64,000 nucleotides of DNA from Octopus vulgaris. Taxonomy: Eukaryota. Under the pieces are notes generated by a model. The model was not told where the DNA came from, did not search any database, and worked only from the letters and a program-made list of their open reading frames with translations. Position 1 is the stretch's first letter, and the number at the start of each line of letters is the position of its first letter. This document shows positions 22,304 through 37,360 of the stretch, one piece after another. The DNA lies in NCBI GenBank assembly GCA_951406725.2, contig OX597838.1:30690001-30754000 (forward strand). The letters are read 5' to 3'. A program made the position numbers and the translations under genes.

Positions 22304-22739
22304 CCACACGCATGCGCACATGCAGTCACACACAACTCGGTCACATCTACATATAAACATAGACTGATTCAGCCCTTGGCGTGATACCTCTGTGGTTGAA
22401 GGACATGCTAGAAATATCAACCAACGTCCCGCTGTTGTCTTTTAAATGAGGAAGGACATACTGGCCAATAGAGATTTTCATCAGGGATGACATGAACTCA
22501 ACAACACTAGTAACAACAACAATGATAACGGTTTCGAAATTTGGCACAAAGCCCGCAATTTCGAGGGACCGAGTGAGTCGATTCCATTAACCCCTGGTGT
22601 TTAACTGGTACTTTGTCGATTATGAAAGCATGAAAGGCAAAGTCGACCGCAGTGGAATTCGAACTCAGAATGTAAAGAGGAACAAGTCGAGCCGTTACTT
22701 CTCTGAATTGAGAGATCACAGCCCCGATGCCATGGAGAT

Positions 22740-22985
22740 GTGGTAAGACGGTCTCTGGAAATAATTGATGGACAGGTTTTAAAGGCAAAAACCAACAGTC
22801 AGGAGACCCAGGGGCAGATTGCAAATAGGATGGTTGGATAACATCCTTGAGCTTGATTGATCGCATTTGGGTATTTAAATGGATCAACTGGAGATGGTAG
22901 CTTCTGAAAGGACCCGATGGAAGGCATGCTTGGGGAGTCTGCATCCTCCCAGAATTAAGCGAGCGAAGAAGATGAGATGACATGA
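22740..22985 (+). mobile_element. RTE-clade LINE 3' fragment
   Basis: Degenerate peptide RRPRGRLQIGWLDNI...LGI...ASERTRW matches RTE ORF C-terminus pattern RPRGRP..W.D.I...A.DR..W. Confidence 0.6.
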
Positions 22986-23420
22986 AATGCATTTGGGCCA
23001 AGGCTAGAAATTTCGGGGAAGCTGTAAGTCAATTACATCGACCCCAGTGCTGGACTGGTCCTTAATTTATCGATTCTGAAAAGAGTTTGAACTCAGAACG
23101 TAAAGACGGACGAAATGCCGCTAAGAAATTTGTCCGGCGTGCTAACACGTCTGCCAGCTTACCACCTTACACCATTGTAAAATTACGAGAAATTGAATAA
23201 TTTCTTGGATCCTTTGACACCTGCTGAAAATGGTGTCTTCCTATAGTGGGACTTTCTGCTGGGTGGTAACATGTCCCTACCCCGACTTCCCTCACTTGAC
23301 GGGTTCATTTCAACAGCAGAACCTGACGCAATTGTCTTCTGCCGTTCTTTGCTTTGGAAATACGCTTTCTTATACGAGTGGTTTGTGAATATATTCATCC
23401 ATAATGAAAGATGACGACTG

Positions 23421-23630
23421 GAGTAGGGTACTTACTGAAGAGTTGGGTACTTATCGAAAAACTGGATGCTTATCTGAAATGTTGGGTACCTGTCGAAGAG
23501 TTAGGTACTTGCCGAAGTGTTGGATACTTACTGAAGAGTTGAGTACCCGCCGAAAAGTTGGGTACCTGCTTAGGAATTGGGAACTTGCTAAAAAGTTGGA
23601 GGGTACATACCAAAGAGTTGGGTACTTAGT
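23421..23630. repeat. Degenerate ~19-20 bp minisatellite (GTTGGGTACTTACCGAAGA)n, ~11 copies
   Basis: Direct reading. Confidence 0.75.
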
Positions 23631-24044
23631 GATAAGTGACGAAATTTACTTCCAAATCATGAAGTCCTGAGTTCCATCTCAGCTGGATGGATAAGTGTAT
23701 TTTATTATAACCTCGGGTTGACACATTCCTTGTGAAAATAAATGGGAAGACGGAAACTGCTTGGAAGCCTGTCGATTGAATTGCATCTGTTATTCAAAGG
23801 CCGAGTTCTGTCATAAACTGTGCCCCGCTAATTGCGTTTGGATATTACGTGAAAAGTGCACACGTCTGTGGAGTATTCAGCCACATAAACTCTAATTCAT
23901 TGACGAAGCTGTTTCGTTGATCCCACAATTGTAACAGTCATCGTCTCGACCAACGGAGATCCATATTTACATTTTGTATTATATTTACTAAACAACGAAT
24001 CTGCAGGTTTGTGGTTCGAATTCTGGCATGGCAGCTACATTTAC

Positions 24045-24480
24045 TGTTGTTGTTGTTGTTATTGATAGTGATGGTGGTAGCAGTAGCGGCGATGGTGAAG
24101 GTGGTGGTAGTGGTGGTGGTGGTAATGGTGGTGATGGTGGTGGTGTTGGTGGTGTTGACAGCAGCGGTGATGATGAGGGTGGTGGTGGTTATGGTGGTGA
24201 TGGTGGTGGTGGTGGTGGTGGTGGTAATGGTGGTGATGGTGGTGGTGGTGTTGGTGGTGTAGACAGCAGCAGTGATGAAGAGGGTGGTGGTGGGTGGTGG
24301 TGATGGTGGTGGTGATGGTGGTGTTGGTAGTGTAGACAGCAGCGGTGATGAAGAGGGTGGTGGTGGTGGTGGTAATGGTGGTGATGGTGATGGTGGTGGT
24401 AATGGTGGTAATGATGGTGGTGGTGGTGGTGTTGGTGGTGTAGACAGCAGCGGTGATGAAGAGGGTGGTGGTGGTGATAG
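24045..24480. repeat. (GGT)n-rich microsatellite with repeated GTAGACAGCAGCGGTGATGAAGAG subunit
   Basis: Direct reading. Confidence 0.9.
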
Positions 24481-24618
24481 TTGTAGTGTTCAGCCACAAA
24501 TCGGTTCTGGTGGAACAGAAGCATGATAAAAGACGTTCCGATCGCGATAATTCCGCATTACGGTCTTAGTGTATCTAGGATTACATTAACCAACATGTCC
24601 TTTTTTATTATTATTTAA

Positions 24619-24831
24619 CCCTTTAGCATTTAAACGGGCCATACCAGATCCAAATTGTTTTATGTTGAAACTTGCCAGATCCGGCATCTCGCACCTGCCC
24701 TACCATATCATCCTAAAAATAAACAATCACATTATCAAAATCCCCAAGCTACGAGATTAATGCCTGACTAATTCAAAACAATTTGGATAAATAAGAATTA
24801 CAATTGACACAGTAATCTGAATGCTAAAGGG
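24619..24831. mobile_element. piggyBac-like MITE
   Basis: TTAA|CCCTTTAGCATT ... AATGCTAAAGGG|ATAA terminal inverted repeat. Confidence 0.7.
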
Positions 24832-26210
24832 ATAAAAAAATGGCTGTGATTTGCGTACGATTTGGCTGCTTTTTCTAGTAGATAGATCACGTAGAGGCTC
24901 CCTGTATTGTATGGCCATGGGTAGGTAGTGAAGAGGCACCACTTTCAAATGGAGGGACCATAGATTCAGTTCTAGATACCATCTCCCACTATCCACTCAC
25001 CGATCCTGGAATGATGGTTGATTCTCATAGGGCCCTGCAGTTGAGATGCCTGAGGACTCTATCATAACAACCCTCCTAGGAATAGTAAGCAGAGAAGTGG
25101 GATAGATAGATGGATGGATGGTCATGGTTCGAATGTCTTTGATGTGGGCGACGTGGGACTTAAACAACGTCAACAAATACAAGACGACGGCGATGACGAC
25201 GACCACTACCACCACCACCAGCACCACCACTATCACCACCATCATCACACCACCACCACCAAGAACAACCACCACCACCACCAAGAACAACCACCACCAC
25301 CACCAAGAACAACCACCACCACCACCACCACCACCACTACCATCACCATCACCACCATCAACAACACCACCACCGCCACCACCGCCACCACCGTCACCAC
25401 CACCACCAACAACAACAACAAAAAGAACAGCAACGAAAGCGAAACCAAAAGTTAAACATGAACGACATTTCATCATCATCATCATCATCATCATCATCGC
25501 CATCACGATCATGATCATGATCATCATCATCATTAACAACAACAACTACAAAAACAACAACAACAACAACAACAGCAACAACAACAACAACAACAACAAC
25601 AATAACAACAACAACAACAATAACAACAGTGTCACCTATATTCAAATTAAAAGTGTGTTATTTGACAATTAAAATGTCGGAACCATAGCGTTTTAGTTAA
25701 TAGCGCTGGCGTTCATTGAGACTAATTGAGCCGCCATTAAACCGTTATTGTTCTGCCGTGTTTGTTTACTTTACACAGAGGCCATTTTTCTTTGGGAGAT
25801 TATTTCATTTTATGTGTTTATATCTTATTTTATTTTCATTTTTTTTCTTTTTCTTTTTCAAAACTAGTTTTATTTGCGACGCTGTTCCTTAAAATCTTTG
25901 TTGTGCGTGCGTGCGTTCGTGAGTGCGTGCGTGGTTTGTGTATTTCGTCCGTGCGTTCCTTCCTTTGTACTGCGCACGCGTGAAACCTCTACCCAGTCCT
26001 GACGTGTTGCAGTTTCAGTTGATTTTAATTGATTTCGGCTACACACACACATACACACACACATATATGCATACATACTTACATACACACATATATCATA
26101 CGTAATAAACATTTATATACATACATGTATAAATATATGTTTATATATGCATATATATATGTATATGTATGTATATATATATATATATAATATATATATA
26201 TATAATATAT

Positions 26211-26325
<115 letters not shown>

Positions 26326-26578
26326 TGTACATGTGTATATACAGGTATATAACTATGTATATGTGTGCATATATATATGAATGTATGTATGTATATATAC
26401 ATATATGTGTGTGTGTGTATGTGTGTGTGTGTTGTACTAGTCATCCTTTTGGTGGTTTAATGACAATATGGAGTTGACAAAGAAATATATTCTATGCCGT
26501 GTTTGAGAGAAGGTTATTTATATATCGCATATATACACTCTACGAAACTGTGTAAAGGGTGTAATTGAATGCATATAT

Positions 26579-26640
<62 letters not shown>

Positions 26641-26821
26641 GTATACATACATACATACATATATATGCTAGATTTTATTTATATTTATTTATATACGGGA
26701 ATGAAATTTGTATATGTGTGTGTGTGTGTGTGTGAACGGATTGGTACATGAATAAATACAATTTTATTCACATTTATGGCATTAAAGTTCAAATATAAAC
26801 AGAGGAACTTGACGCGGTTCA

Positions 26822-26877
<56 letters not shown>

Positions 26878-27006
26878 TATATATATACATATATATATTT
26901 ATATACAAAAATGTATATATATATATGTATACACACATATATATTCATATATATATATATTCATATATATATATATATGTGTGTGTGTGTATATATGTTT
27001 ACACAA

Positions 27007-27042
<36 letters not shown>

Positions 27043-27401
27043 ACAAACACACATTTACATAGAATGAGAAAGGAGGGGTGAGAGTTTATTTTAAATAGGT
27101 TGTATTTAAATTGCAAACCGTAATTAACAAAAATATTTTTATAATAAAACCTACATATAGACACACACACACACACACACACACACCAGAACACACGCAC
27201 ACACAAAAACACAAACGTACACACACACACAGGCGCGCGCGCGTATGCATAAGCAAGATTGTATGTTTCTACTTAAGGACAAACATACGTAAATATATTT
27301 ATTAATGTACGCCGCCATTTTACATAAAATATATCTATGTATATATAATCATATATATGCATATTTATATGTATATGTATATATTGATATGTATATATAT
27401 G

Positions 27402-27532
<131 letters not shown>

Positions 27533-27584
27533 TATTTGTCTATATATGTATATATATATTTTTATGTATATATATATATATATG

Positions 27585-27629
<45 letters not shown>

Positions 27630-28821
27630 ATGTAATGTTTTATATATGTCGGTACACGCTACTCTCGCATTTATAGTTTCCTTGTGAAATTCCACAAAAC
27701 AACGTACGATGCACCTCTGCCCTACCCCATCCCCCGCCACTTTACTTCCCTCGGAAGGAATCGTTCCTACCCCGCCCACACCTCGCCATCCCCATCCCCC
27801 GTCGCCGTCATCCCCAGAACAACACTCATACACACTCTGCCATCATCGAACCGACTGTAACTCATTATAACTAGTACCACCACCACCACCACCACCACCA
27901 CCCACCACCACCACCACCACCACCACCACCTCACCACCACCACCACCACCACCACCACCACCACCACCACCACCACGTCACCACCACCACCTCACAACCA
28001 CCACCACCACCACCTCACCACCACCACCACCACCACCACCACCACCCACCACCATCACCTCACCACCACCGCCTCACCACCACCACCTCACCACCACCAC
28101 CTCACCACTACCACCTCACCGCCGCCACCACCACCACCACCACCACCACCCTACCACCACCCTACCACCACCTCTACTTCTACAATAGCGACGTCCACCA
28201 ACACCATCCCGACTCCGCCCCCACCTCTTCTACCTTTTCCATAACTGCAATCTACTGTTACGAACAACGCAATTATTTCATCCACACACACACACACACA
28301 CACACACACAGGGTTTGCATCCCAACAATAACAACCCAAGGGCCACTCTCTTTATCCGAATCGACCCCTATGAGTGATAAGAGGCACCCAGCTAGATCCT
28401 TACATCCTTCTGTTCCTTGAGTCCGACCTTTCCACAGCGATTGACCCACAAAACCACCGGTAGCTCAGTAAGCGATCACACCACCATTGGCTTCTCCCCT
28501 GCTCCACTGCACTCGGATTCTCCCCTACTTCGCCACCCTCAGCTTCTCTCCGGCTCCACCAATCTCTCTTCTCCCCTACCCCACCACCCTCAGCTTCTCT
28601 CCGGCTCCACCAAAGTCTCTTCTCCCCTACTTTAGTTGTTTTACAAGATCCGCTCTCAGTTGCCAGTTTTGGGCCTGTGGAAAACTGTACGGTACCGAGA
28701 ACAGGGTTCTCTGTAACTTTGGGAAAAGGGATGGTTTCCTCTATGACCTGATGTTTATTGGATCGTACGGTTGTGGGGTGAGACCAACTTCGCAACTGCT
28801 TTGTGTGTCTGGTCATGCCGC

Positions 28822-28873
<52 letters not shown>

Positions 28874-29108
28874 ATGCTATTATGTTAAACTGTCGTATGT
28901 CTTAATTTCGTCAAATGCGTTTTGTTTTAATATTTATTTTTGCTTCCAATAGCCGGTTCCTTTGGTGAAACTATCGTATCTCCAGATGCTTCAGATGCCA
29001 AGATATCAAAAATTGTCCAAATGTAAATACAACGGTTTTGCTATGGAATGGAGAAATTATTTTGCCGTTTTCTGAAAAAGCAACATTTTGGACTTATGGC
29101 ACTTTTGC

Positions 29109-29242
<134 letters not shown>

Positions 29243-29705
29243 GAGACACACACACACACACATTCAGAGAGTGAAGGCGCGCGGTTTAGTGGTTAGGGTG
29301 TACGGCCCACGATGGTAAGGTGGTGAGTTCAATACGTAGCGGTGCGTTGTGTCCTTGAGCAAGACACTTTATTTCATCTTGCTCCAGTTCACTCAGCTTC
29401 CAAAAATGAGTGTAATTCAAAGGGACCAGACTTGGCGCAGTCTGTGCCACTCTGAATCTCCCCAAGAACTACGTTAAGGCTTACACGTGTCTGTGGAATG
29501 CTCTGCCACTTGGAGGTTAATTTCACGAGCAGGCTATTCCGCTGAACGGATCAACTGGAACCCTCGTCGTTGTTATACACACACTCACGCACACATACAC
29601 ACATACATACACATTTACTTACATTCATACATACACACATACTTAAATACATACATACTTACTTACTTTCATACAAGCATACATGCATGCATGTTTGTAT
29701 GTATG

Positions 29706-30180
29706 TCATCATTCAGTTTTATTTCAAGATTTCATGCCAGTAGGGAAAGAACAAGAACCGGTTTCTAACCTTGATCCAAGGCACCTTCATTGGAATTTCA
29801 ACATCAACAACAGGATATTTTTGTATGTATGTATGTATGTATGTATGTATGTATGTATGTATGTATGTATGTATGTATGCATGCATGCACAGATTTGTAT
29901 GCTTTATGTATGTATTCTTATGCATAGAGTTGCATATCTAGACATGCTCATACATGCGTAAATGATAAACTTCTAGAAATTTTCACAGATTTTTATAGTT
30001 CCAGTGATTGATTCGATCTGTAGTCTTCGAATTAGCTTTCTCCTTTCTGGTTTTGAGAAGCCTAATTTCTCAAGACTGGTATTTAGGCAGTGTGTTACAT
30101 ATCCCGGTGCCCCAATGATTACAGGTATAAACCTGAACTTGTAATCAGCGTAGGTATCCTCTTTTCTCCTCACCTTCAGT
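29706..30180 (-). mobile_element. 3' end of an RLE-type (R2/R4/NeSL-like) non-LTR retrotransposon in (TATG)n
   Basis: Peptide KEDTYADYKFRFIPVIIGAPGYVTHCLNTSLEKLGF...IRRLQIESITGTIKICENF resembles restriction-like endonuclease C-terminus; 3' UTR also at 50070-50175 (+). Confidence 0.65.
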
Positions 30181-30302
30181 TGTATGTATGTATGTATGTA
30201 TGTATGTATGTATGTATGTATGTATGTATGTATGTATGTATGCATTTATGAATACATACATACGTACGTACGCGTATATATACACACACATACATACCAA
30301 TA

Positions 30303-30338
<36 letters not shown>

Positions 30339-30909
30339 TGTATGTATGTATGTATGTATGTATGTATGTATGTATACACATACATATGAGTGTATAAATA
30401 TATATGTTTATCAACTCTCCCCCACACTGCACCCTTCCTCGCTGTATGTATCCTTAATTATTCGCAAAAATACTTCCATTTCTCTCCCTCTTTCTCCCTC
30501 TCTCCCTCCCTCTCTGTTTCTCTCTTTGTCCCTCGCTCTCACTCTCACCCTCTTTCTGTCTGTCTGTTTGTCTCTCTCTCTGTAGCTAAGTCTCTAATGC
30601 GCCATCTTTGTCGAGTAATGAGTTCCTGAGCAGCTGGTATCGGTGGCGGCATCGGCAACGATGGCGGCAACGGTGGGACGATGGTGATGAAGGTGGTGGT
30701 GGTGGTGATGAGTGGTAGTAGTTTGAGGGTTTAGGGCGAGGTAGTTGGGGTGGCGGTGGGAGATGTTTGTTGTTGCCTCCGTTGACGATCGTTCTTCCGT
30801 TGGTGTTTTTCTTTTCGCCGCCATTTTTGTTACGAAGTTGACTTAATTGAAGTTAATCAAAAGTGGGATTTAGAGAGGATTGTATACGCACGGGAGCGAT
30901 GGGAGGTCA

Positions 30910-30952
<43 letters not shown>

Positions 30953-30997
30953 TATGTATAAGCACTGTATAAGTATGCATATGAGTATGTGTGTGTA

Positions 30998-31032
<35 letters not shown>

Positions 31033-32089
31033 TAATATATATATACATCTATATATATAGATGTATATATATATATTAACATATATAAGTATACATATTT
31101 ATATGTGTGTGTGTGTGTGTGTTTAATATGCTTATATATATATAAATGTATGAGGTGAAGATATATATATATATATATATAGATATACATATGCACATAC
31201 ACATATATACATATATAGATGTGTGTATATATACGTATATATCATAATTTGTCTATATATATATACGTATACATACATACATACATATATATATGTATAT
31301 ATATATATTTATATATATATATATATACATATCCTTATTGTAAAAGTACACAGTACAAATATCAAATTTGTTCTATGAATATTGATAGTGTGAGTCGAGC
31401 GCAAGTGTACTTACAGACACACATATACAGACACAAACATACACGCACACATGTATATATATGCGTATATATACACACATACAAATGTACCTATATTGGA
31501 CCTAGCTACATATATTGATATTTGTGAGCAGTTAATCAAATATATATTTATAAATGCACACACACTCACACACACACACATACGTACATGAACTGAGGCC
31601 ATGCTGAGGTACCTCGTGCACAGACATGATATATACACACGCACACACATACACACAGGTATGTGTGTGTGTGTGTGTGTGTGTGTATACTGGCTTTGCT
31701 GCAGTTCTGTACCAGACACACTTGATGTTGGTGAAAGGTGAATAAATACACCGAGTTAATTGACCTTCTACCAATGAAACGCCATTAACACACAACAAAA
31801 CGGTTTCTATTGCTGACACGCCGATACATACATTCCTACACACACATGCACACATACACACATACATAGACACACACACACACACAGACACACACATGCA
31901 CATACACATACACATATGTATGTATATATACATATATATATATACATATATATGCATATATATACATACAGATACATATGTATGTATATATACATACATA
32001 TACATATGTATGTATACATATGTATGTATATATACATACATATACATATATATATATACATATACATATATATATATATATACATACAC

Positions 32090-32158
<69 letters not shown>

Positions 32159-32869
32159 TATATATTTATATACAGAGATAGAGACCAACAGACAGACAGA
32201 AAAACAGATATATATCTACGCATTATACATGTGTATATTTTTTCATACATATGCATAATATACAAATGCACACACACACATGCACACATAAGGCGATGAG
32301 CCAGCAGAACTGTTTCATCCGTCCTCACGTTCTGAGTTCAAATTCCGCCTTGGACAGTTTTGTCTTTCATACTTTCGGTGTTCATAAAATAGATACCAGT
32401 TGAGTACTGGGGTCGAGGTAATCGATTTAACTTCTCCTGGATAAGAGTATAAGAACTACACCTTTCTGGCAAGCCATGTGGAGCCAATGTAGTAGAGTAG
32501 GCTCATCAAACCAGGGCGATCGGAAGATTAAATTCACAGCCTCCATATCTGACTGCTTGCTGGAGAGGACATGCTGAGGTCTTTCTCCTGCGGTGGAGTG
32601 ATCACAGGCAACCCAATCCAACCCAATACATACATACATACATACATACATACATACATACATACATACATACATACACTCACATACATACATACATACA
32701 TACATACATACATACATACATACATACATACATACATACATACATACACACTCACATACATACATACATACATACATACATACATTTATACACACATACA
32801 CATATATAATTGAATATGTATGCATATTGATATGATTCTCTCTTTGTCACTCTGTCTGTCTCTGTCTCA

Positions 32870-32907
<38 letters not shown>

Positions 32908-32938
32908 GTGTATGTATGTATATACACACACGCGCGCG

Positions 32939-32971
<33 letters not shown>

Positions 32972-33019
32972 ATATATATATGTGTGTATATATACATATA
33001 TATATATTTATATATAGGC

Positions 33020-33900
33020 AGACTGATGCCTGAGGGTCACATCAAGTGGCTTCCAACGGCGGAAGTCTGAACCACTACAGGCTTGTCCCACAGAGAACGT
33101 TTCCGGTTACTTTTGGGTACGTTCTCGTATATTTGAATCGAATTGTACTGGGACATAATTTTAATTTTAAAAAAAGATATTCCAAACTTTTGGTCTGGAC
33201 TGGAAGTGGTTTGAACGAAGTTCAGTAGAATATCCTCTGCTTTCAAAGGACATCAAACCACAAGACCTTTTAATGGGGATACTTAAAATACAAAATTTTA
33301 CGGTACAAAACCGTCAACAGTTGACGAACTGAGGGCAACCATTGATCAAGAATGCGCATCAATACTTATTTCTTTACTACCCACAAGGGGCTAAACACAG
33401 AAGGGGCAAACACGGACAGACAAACGGATTAAGTCGATTATATCGACCCCAGTGCGTAACTGGTACTTAATTTATCGACCCCGAAAGGATGAAAGGCAAA
33501 GTCGACCTCGGCGGAATTTGAACTCAGAACGTAACGGCAGACGAAATACGGCTACGCATTTCGCTCAGCGTACTAACGATTCTATTTCTTTACTACCCAC
33601 AAGGGGCTAAACATAGAGGGGACAAACAAGGACAGACAAAGGGATTAAGTCGATTATATCGACCCCAGTGCGTATCTGGTACTTAATTTAATGACCCCGA
33701 AAGGATGAAAGGCAAAGTCGACCTCGGCGGAATTTGAACTCTGAACGTAACGGCAGACGAAATACGGCAATACCGAACGAAATGTTTTTGGTTTTTCTGA
33801 TTCCATTGTTTTGGGCTGTTACCAGTGCCTGGAATAGAATGTTCTTCAAATTGAAAATATGCGTATATAAAAGCAATCAACTTCTCTCCGATGCCATTGA
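33020..33900 (+). mobile_element. Tc1-like transposase C-terminal relic interrupted by SINE dimer (33366-33767, minus)
   Basis: WGYLKYKI / KPSTVDELRATIDQECA; TSD CAATAC around SINE dimer. Confidence 0.65.
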
Positions 33901-34084
33901 GTTTTAAAAATGAAATGTATTTTTATAAACACTGACTTTATAACCATTTAATGTGTGTATGAACATTTTTGATGACATCGTGTATGTATGTAGGTATGCA
34001 TGTATGTATACATGCATATATATATATATATACATATACAAATATATATATGCATACATATATACATATACATACATATATACA

Positions 34085-34121
<37 letters not shown>

Positions 34122-34755
34122 CTCTTTTACTCTTTTACTTGTTTCAGTCATTTGACTGCGGCCATGCTGGAGCACCGCCTTTAGTCGAGCAAATCGACCC
34201 CGGGACTTATTCTTTGTAAGCCCAGTACTTATTCTATCGGTCTCTTTTGCCGAACCGCTAAATAACGGGGACGTAAGCACACCAGCATCGGTTGTCAAGC
34301 AATGCTAGGGGGACAAACACAGACACACAAACACACACATACATATACATATATATACATATATACGACAGGCTTCTTTCAGTTTCCGTCTACCAAATCT
34401 ACTCACAAGGCTTTGGTCGGCCCGAGGCTATAGTAGAAGACACTTGCCCAAGGTGCCACGCAGTGGGACTGAACCCGGAACCATGTGGTTGGTAAACAAT
34501 CTACTTACCACACAGCCACACACACACACACACATATATATATAAACAAATTTTAAAAGGTGGCTTATTAGCAATTTGAATTTAAAGGCAGAATTGATAG
34601 AGGTCACAAAAGTAAGGGAGAATACTGACCAGCACCAGCCATTGCTAGAAACAATAGTTAAAACAATTCAAATGAGTGCTTTGTGGTTTTGAGTTGTGTT
34701 AACTCTTGTTTCTAGCAATAGATGGTGCTGCTCAGTATCCTCTGTTACTTTTGTG

Positions 34756-34834
<79 letters not shown>

Positions 34835-35120
34835 GCATACATACACACACACAAACACACACACATATATATGTATAGTTGGAGTTTACAGAAAAAGGAA
34901 AGACGAAGACAGGTGTATAAACAACAAACAGTTGTATTAGTTTGACGCTCGGGAGAGTGAGAACGTCTTTTACGTTTCGAGCCTACGCTCTTTAACAGAA
35001 AGGAACACGAGAAAATAAACAGAGAGAGAATGAAAAAAAGCTTTAGGGGTTAGCGGTCAATGATGGTAGTTATATATTGGTTGGCCTTTACATCAATACA
35101 AACAATAATACAGATATACT

Positions 35121-35159
<39 letters not shown>

Positions 35160-35160
35160 G

Positions 35161-35251
<91 letters not shown>

Positions 35252-35264
35252 GTAGATAGATAGG

Positions 35265-35316
<52 letters not shown>

Positions 35317-35318
<2 letters not shown>

Positions 35319-35393
35319 TGTTTCTTTATTAGCCACACAGGGCTGTACACAGATAGAACAAATTACAAGGTAGAGCTTTTCTTTTGAAGGTTT

Positions 35394-35455
<62 letters not shown>

Positions 35456-35750
35456 TGTTTCTTTATTAGCCACACAGGGCTGCACACAGACAGGACAAAA
35501 TTACAAGGTAGAGCTTTTCTTTTGGGGGTAAAAGAAGGGGGTTTGGTTTTCGACCAAAAGGGATCGTAAATGGAAAGAAAGAGGACAAAAAAAAATAGGC
35601 AGACAGTCAGATAAATGGCTAGATAGACATCAATACAGATATATACGCTTAGGATTTTAAATACATTCAGAAGGACAGCAGACAACGTATAAAGTGGACA
35701 GGACCTCCGACTGGAATCGAACCACATATCTTATCTTTGGTGTTCGATCA
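35317..35750 (-). mobile_element. Two 3'-end copies of a probable LINE embedded in (GATA)n
   Basis: Repeat TATGTTTCTTTATTAGCCACACAGGGCTG at 35317 and 35454, each abutting GATA repeats. Confidence 0.55.
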
Positions 35751-36658
35751 TGTCTTGTATTTCTTTGCTGACAGTTTCGTGTCAGGACAAAACTCAGACG
35801 TTACTGGATCACGTGGTTCTCTCTCCGTCACCGTCGACACTACTGCGACTATATCACTAACGCCCAAGCTGTAACGACCACTAACGCTACCATTCGATCT
35901 ATCATTGCTACCACTAAACCGACACTCTGGCCACCTACTACACCACCAAAACCACCACCAAAGCCACCACCACCAAAGCCACCACCACCACCACCAAAGC
36001 CACCACCACCACCACCACCACCACCACCACCACCACCACAACACCAACAACAACAACAACAACAACAACGACAGCAGCACCACAACTGCTCTTCTAGCCA
36101 CTACCGCTACAAACACCACCGACACAATCACCATAAACGTTACCATAGACACCACCACCACCACCACCACCACCACCACCTCCACAACCAACTCTACCAC
36201 TACCAACATCACAACCACCACCACCATAACCATCTCCCCCCCCCACCACCACCACAACCATCCCCCACCATCACCAACACCACCACTGTCACCACCACCA
36301 CCACCATCTTCAACACCATTTACAAATAATATCAGTATTACTGCTATCACCATCACCAACACCGCCACACCTGAACCACCACCACCACCAGAACTATTCT
36401 CTACAATACTTCGACCACCTCACACTTCTATCGTTAACATCATTATCATCGTCACCACCACCACCACCACTACCATCATGATGAGGTTTATCATCATAAT
36501 TACCGTCAGCACCACCTCCATATCCACAGCCACGAACACCACCACCACCACCACCACCACCACCACCACCATTATCCTCATCATTGTTATCACGATCAAC
36601 ATCAAACACCACAAAAACCACCATCACCACAACCAACACCACCACCACAACCAACGTC

Positions 36659-36701
<43 letters not shown>

Positions 36702-36932
36702 TCAACAACAATGCCTGATTGACACTCAAATCACCCGGATGCTGACCGGACGTTGCTCGGATTTCATTGTTTTTGCAAGTTTTTTGCGATGCAAATAAAA
36801 CACAGAATCTGTGGGTGGTGGTGGTGGTGGCGGTGGTGGTGGTGGCGGCGGCGGCGCAGGCGGTGGCGACGGGGGAGGAACTTGAAAACAACAGCGATTA
36901 GCTAATGAATGGACGGAATGAAGGTTAAATAG

Positions 36933-36979
<47 letters not shown>

Positions 36980-37276
36980 TATACACACACATATATACAC
37001 ACATATAAACACATAGATACATACAGACAAACGACGCACATATTCACGCCTGTGTTTATCGTTTACTTCTTCCAGTCTTTTGACAGCGGCCATGCTGGGG
37101 CACCGACTTCAAGGGGTTTTAGTCGAACAAATCGACCTCGGGACTTATTCTTTGTAAACCTAGTACTTATTCAAACTTATGAGGACGTAAACGCACCAAC
37201 ACCGTTTGTTAAGCGGTGACGGGGGACAAACGCACATGCATACATACATACATACATACATACATACATACATACA

Positions 37277-37360
<84 letters not shown>

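Noticed and set aside
23421-23630. Short repeat array as CRISPR-like
   Set aside because: It is a contiguous degenerate minisatellite without unique spacers, in a eukaryotic context.
28500-28630. ~51-bp tandem duplication with ORFs on both strands
   Set aside because: It has only ~2.5 copies and no recognisable protein, so it is treated as an ordinary local duplication.
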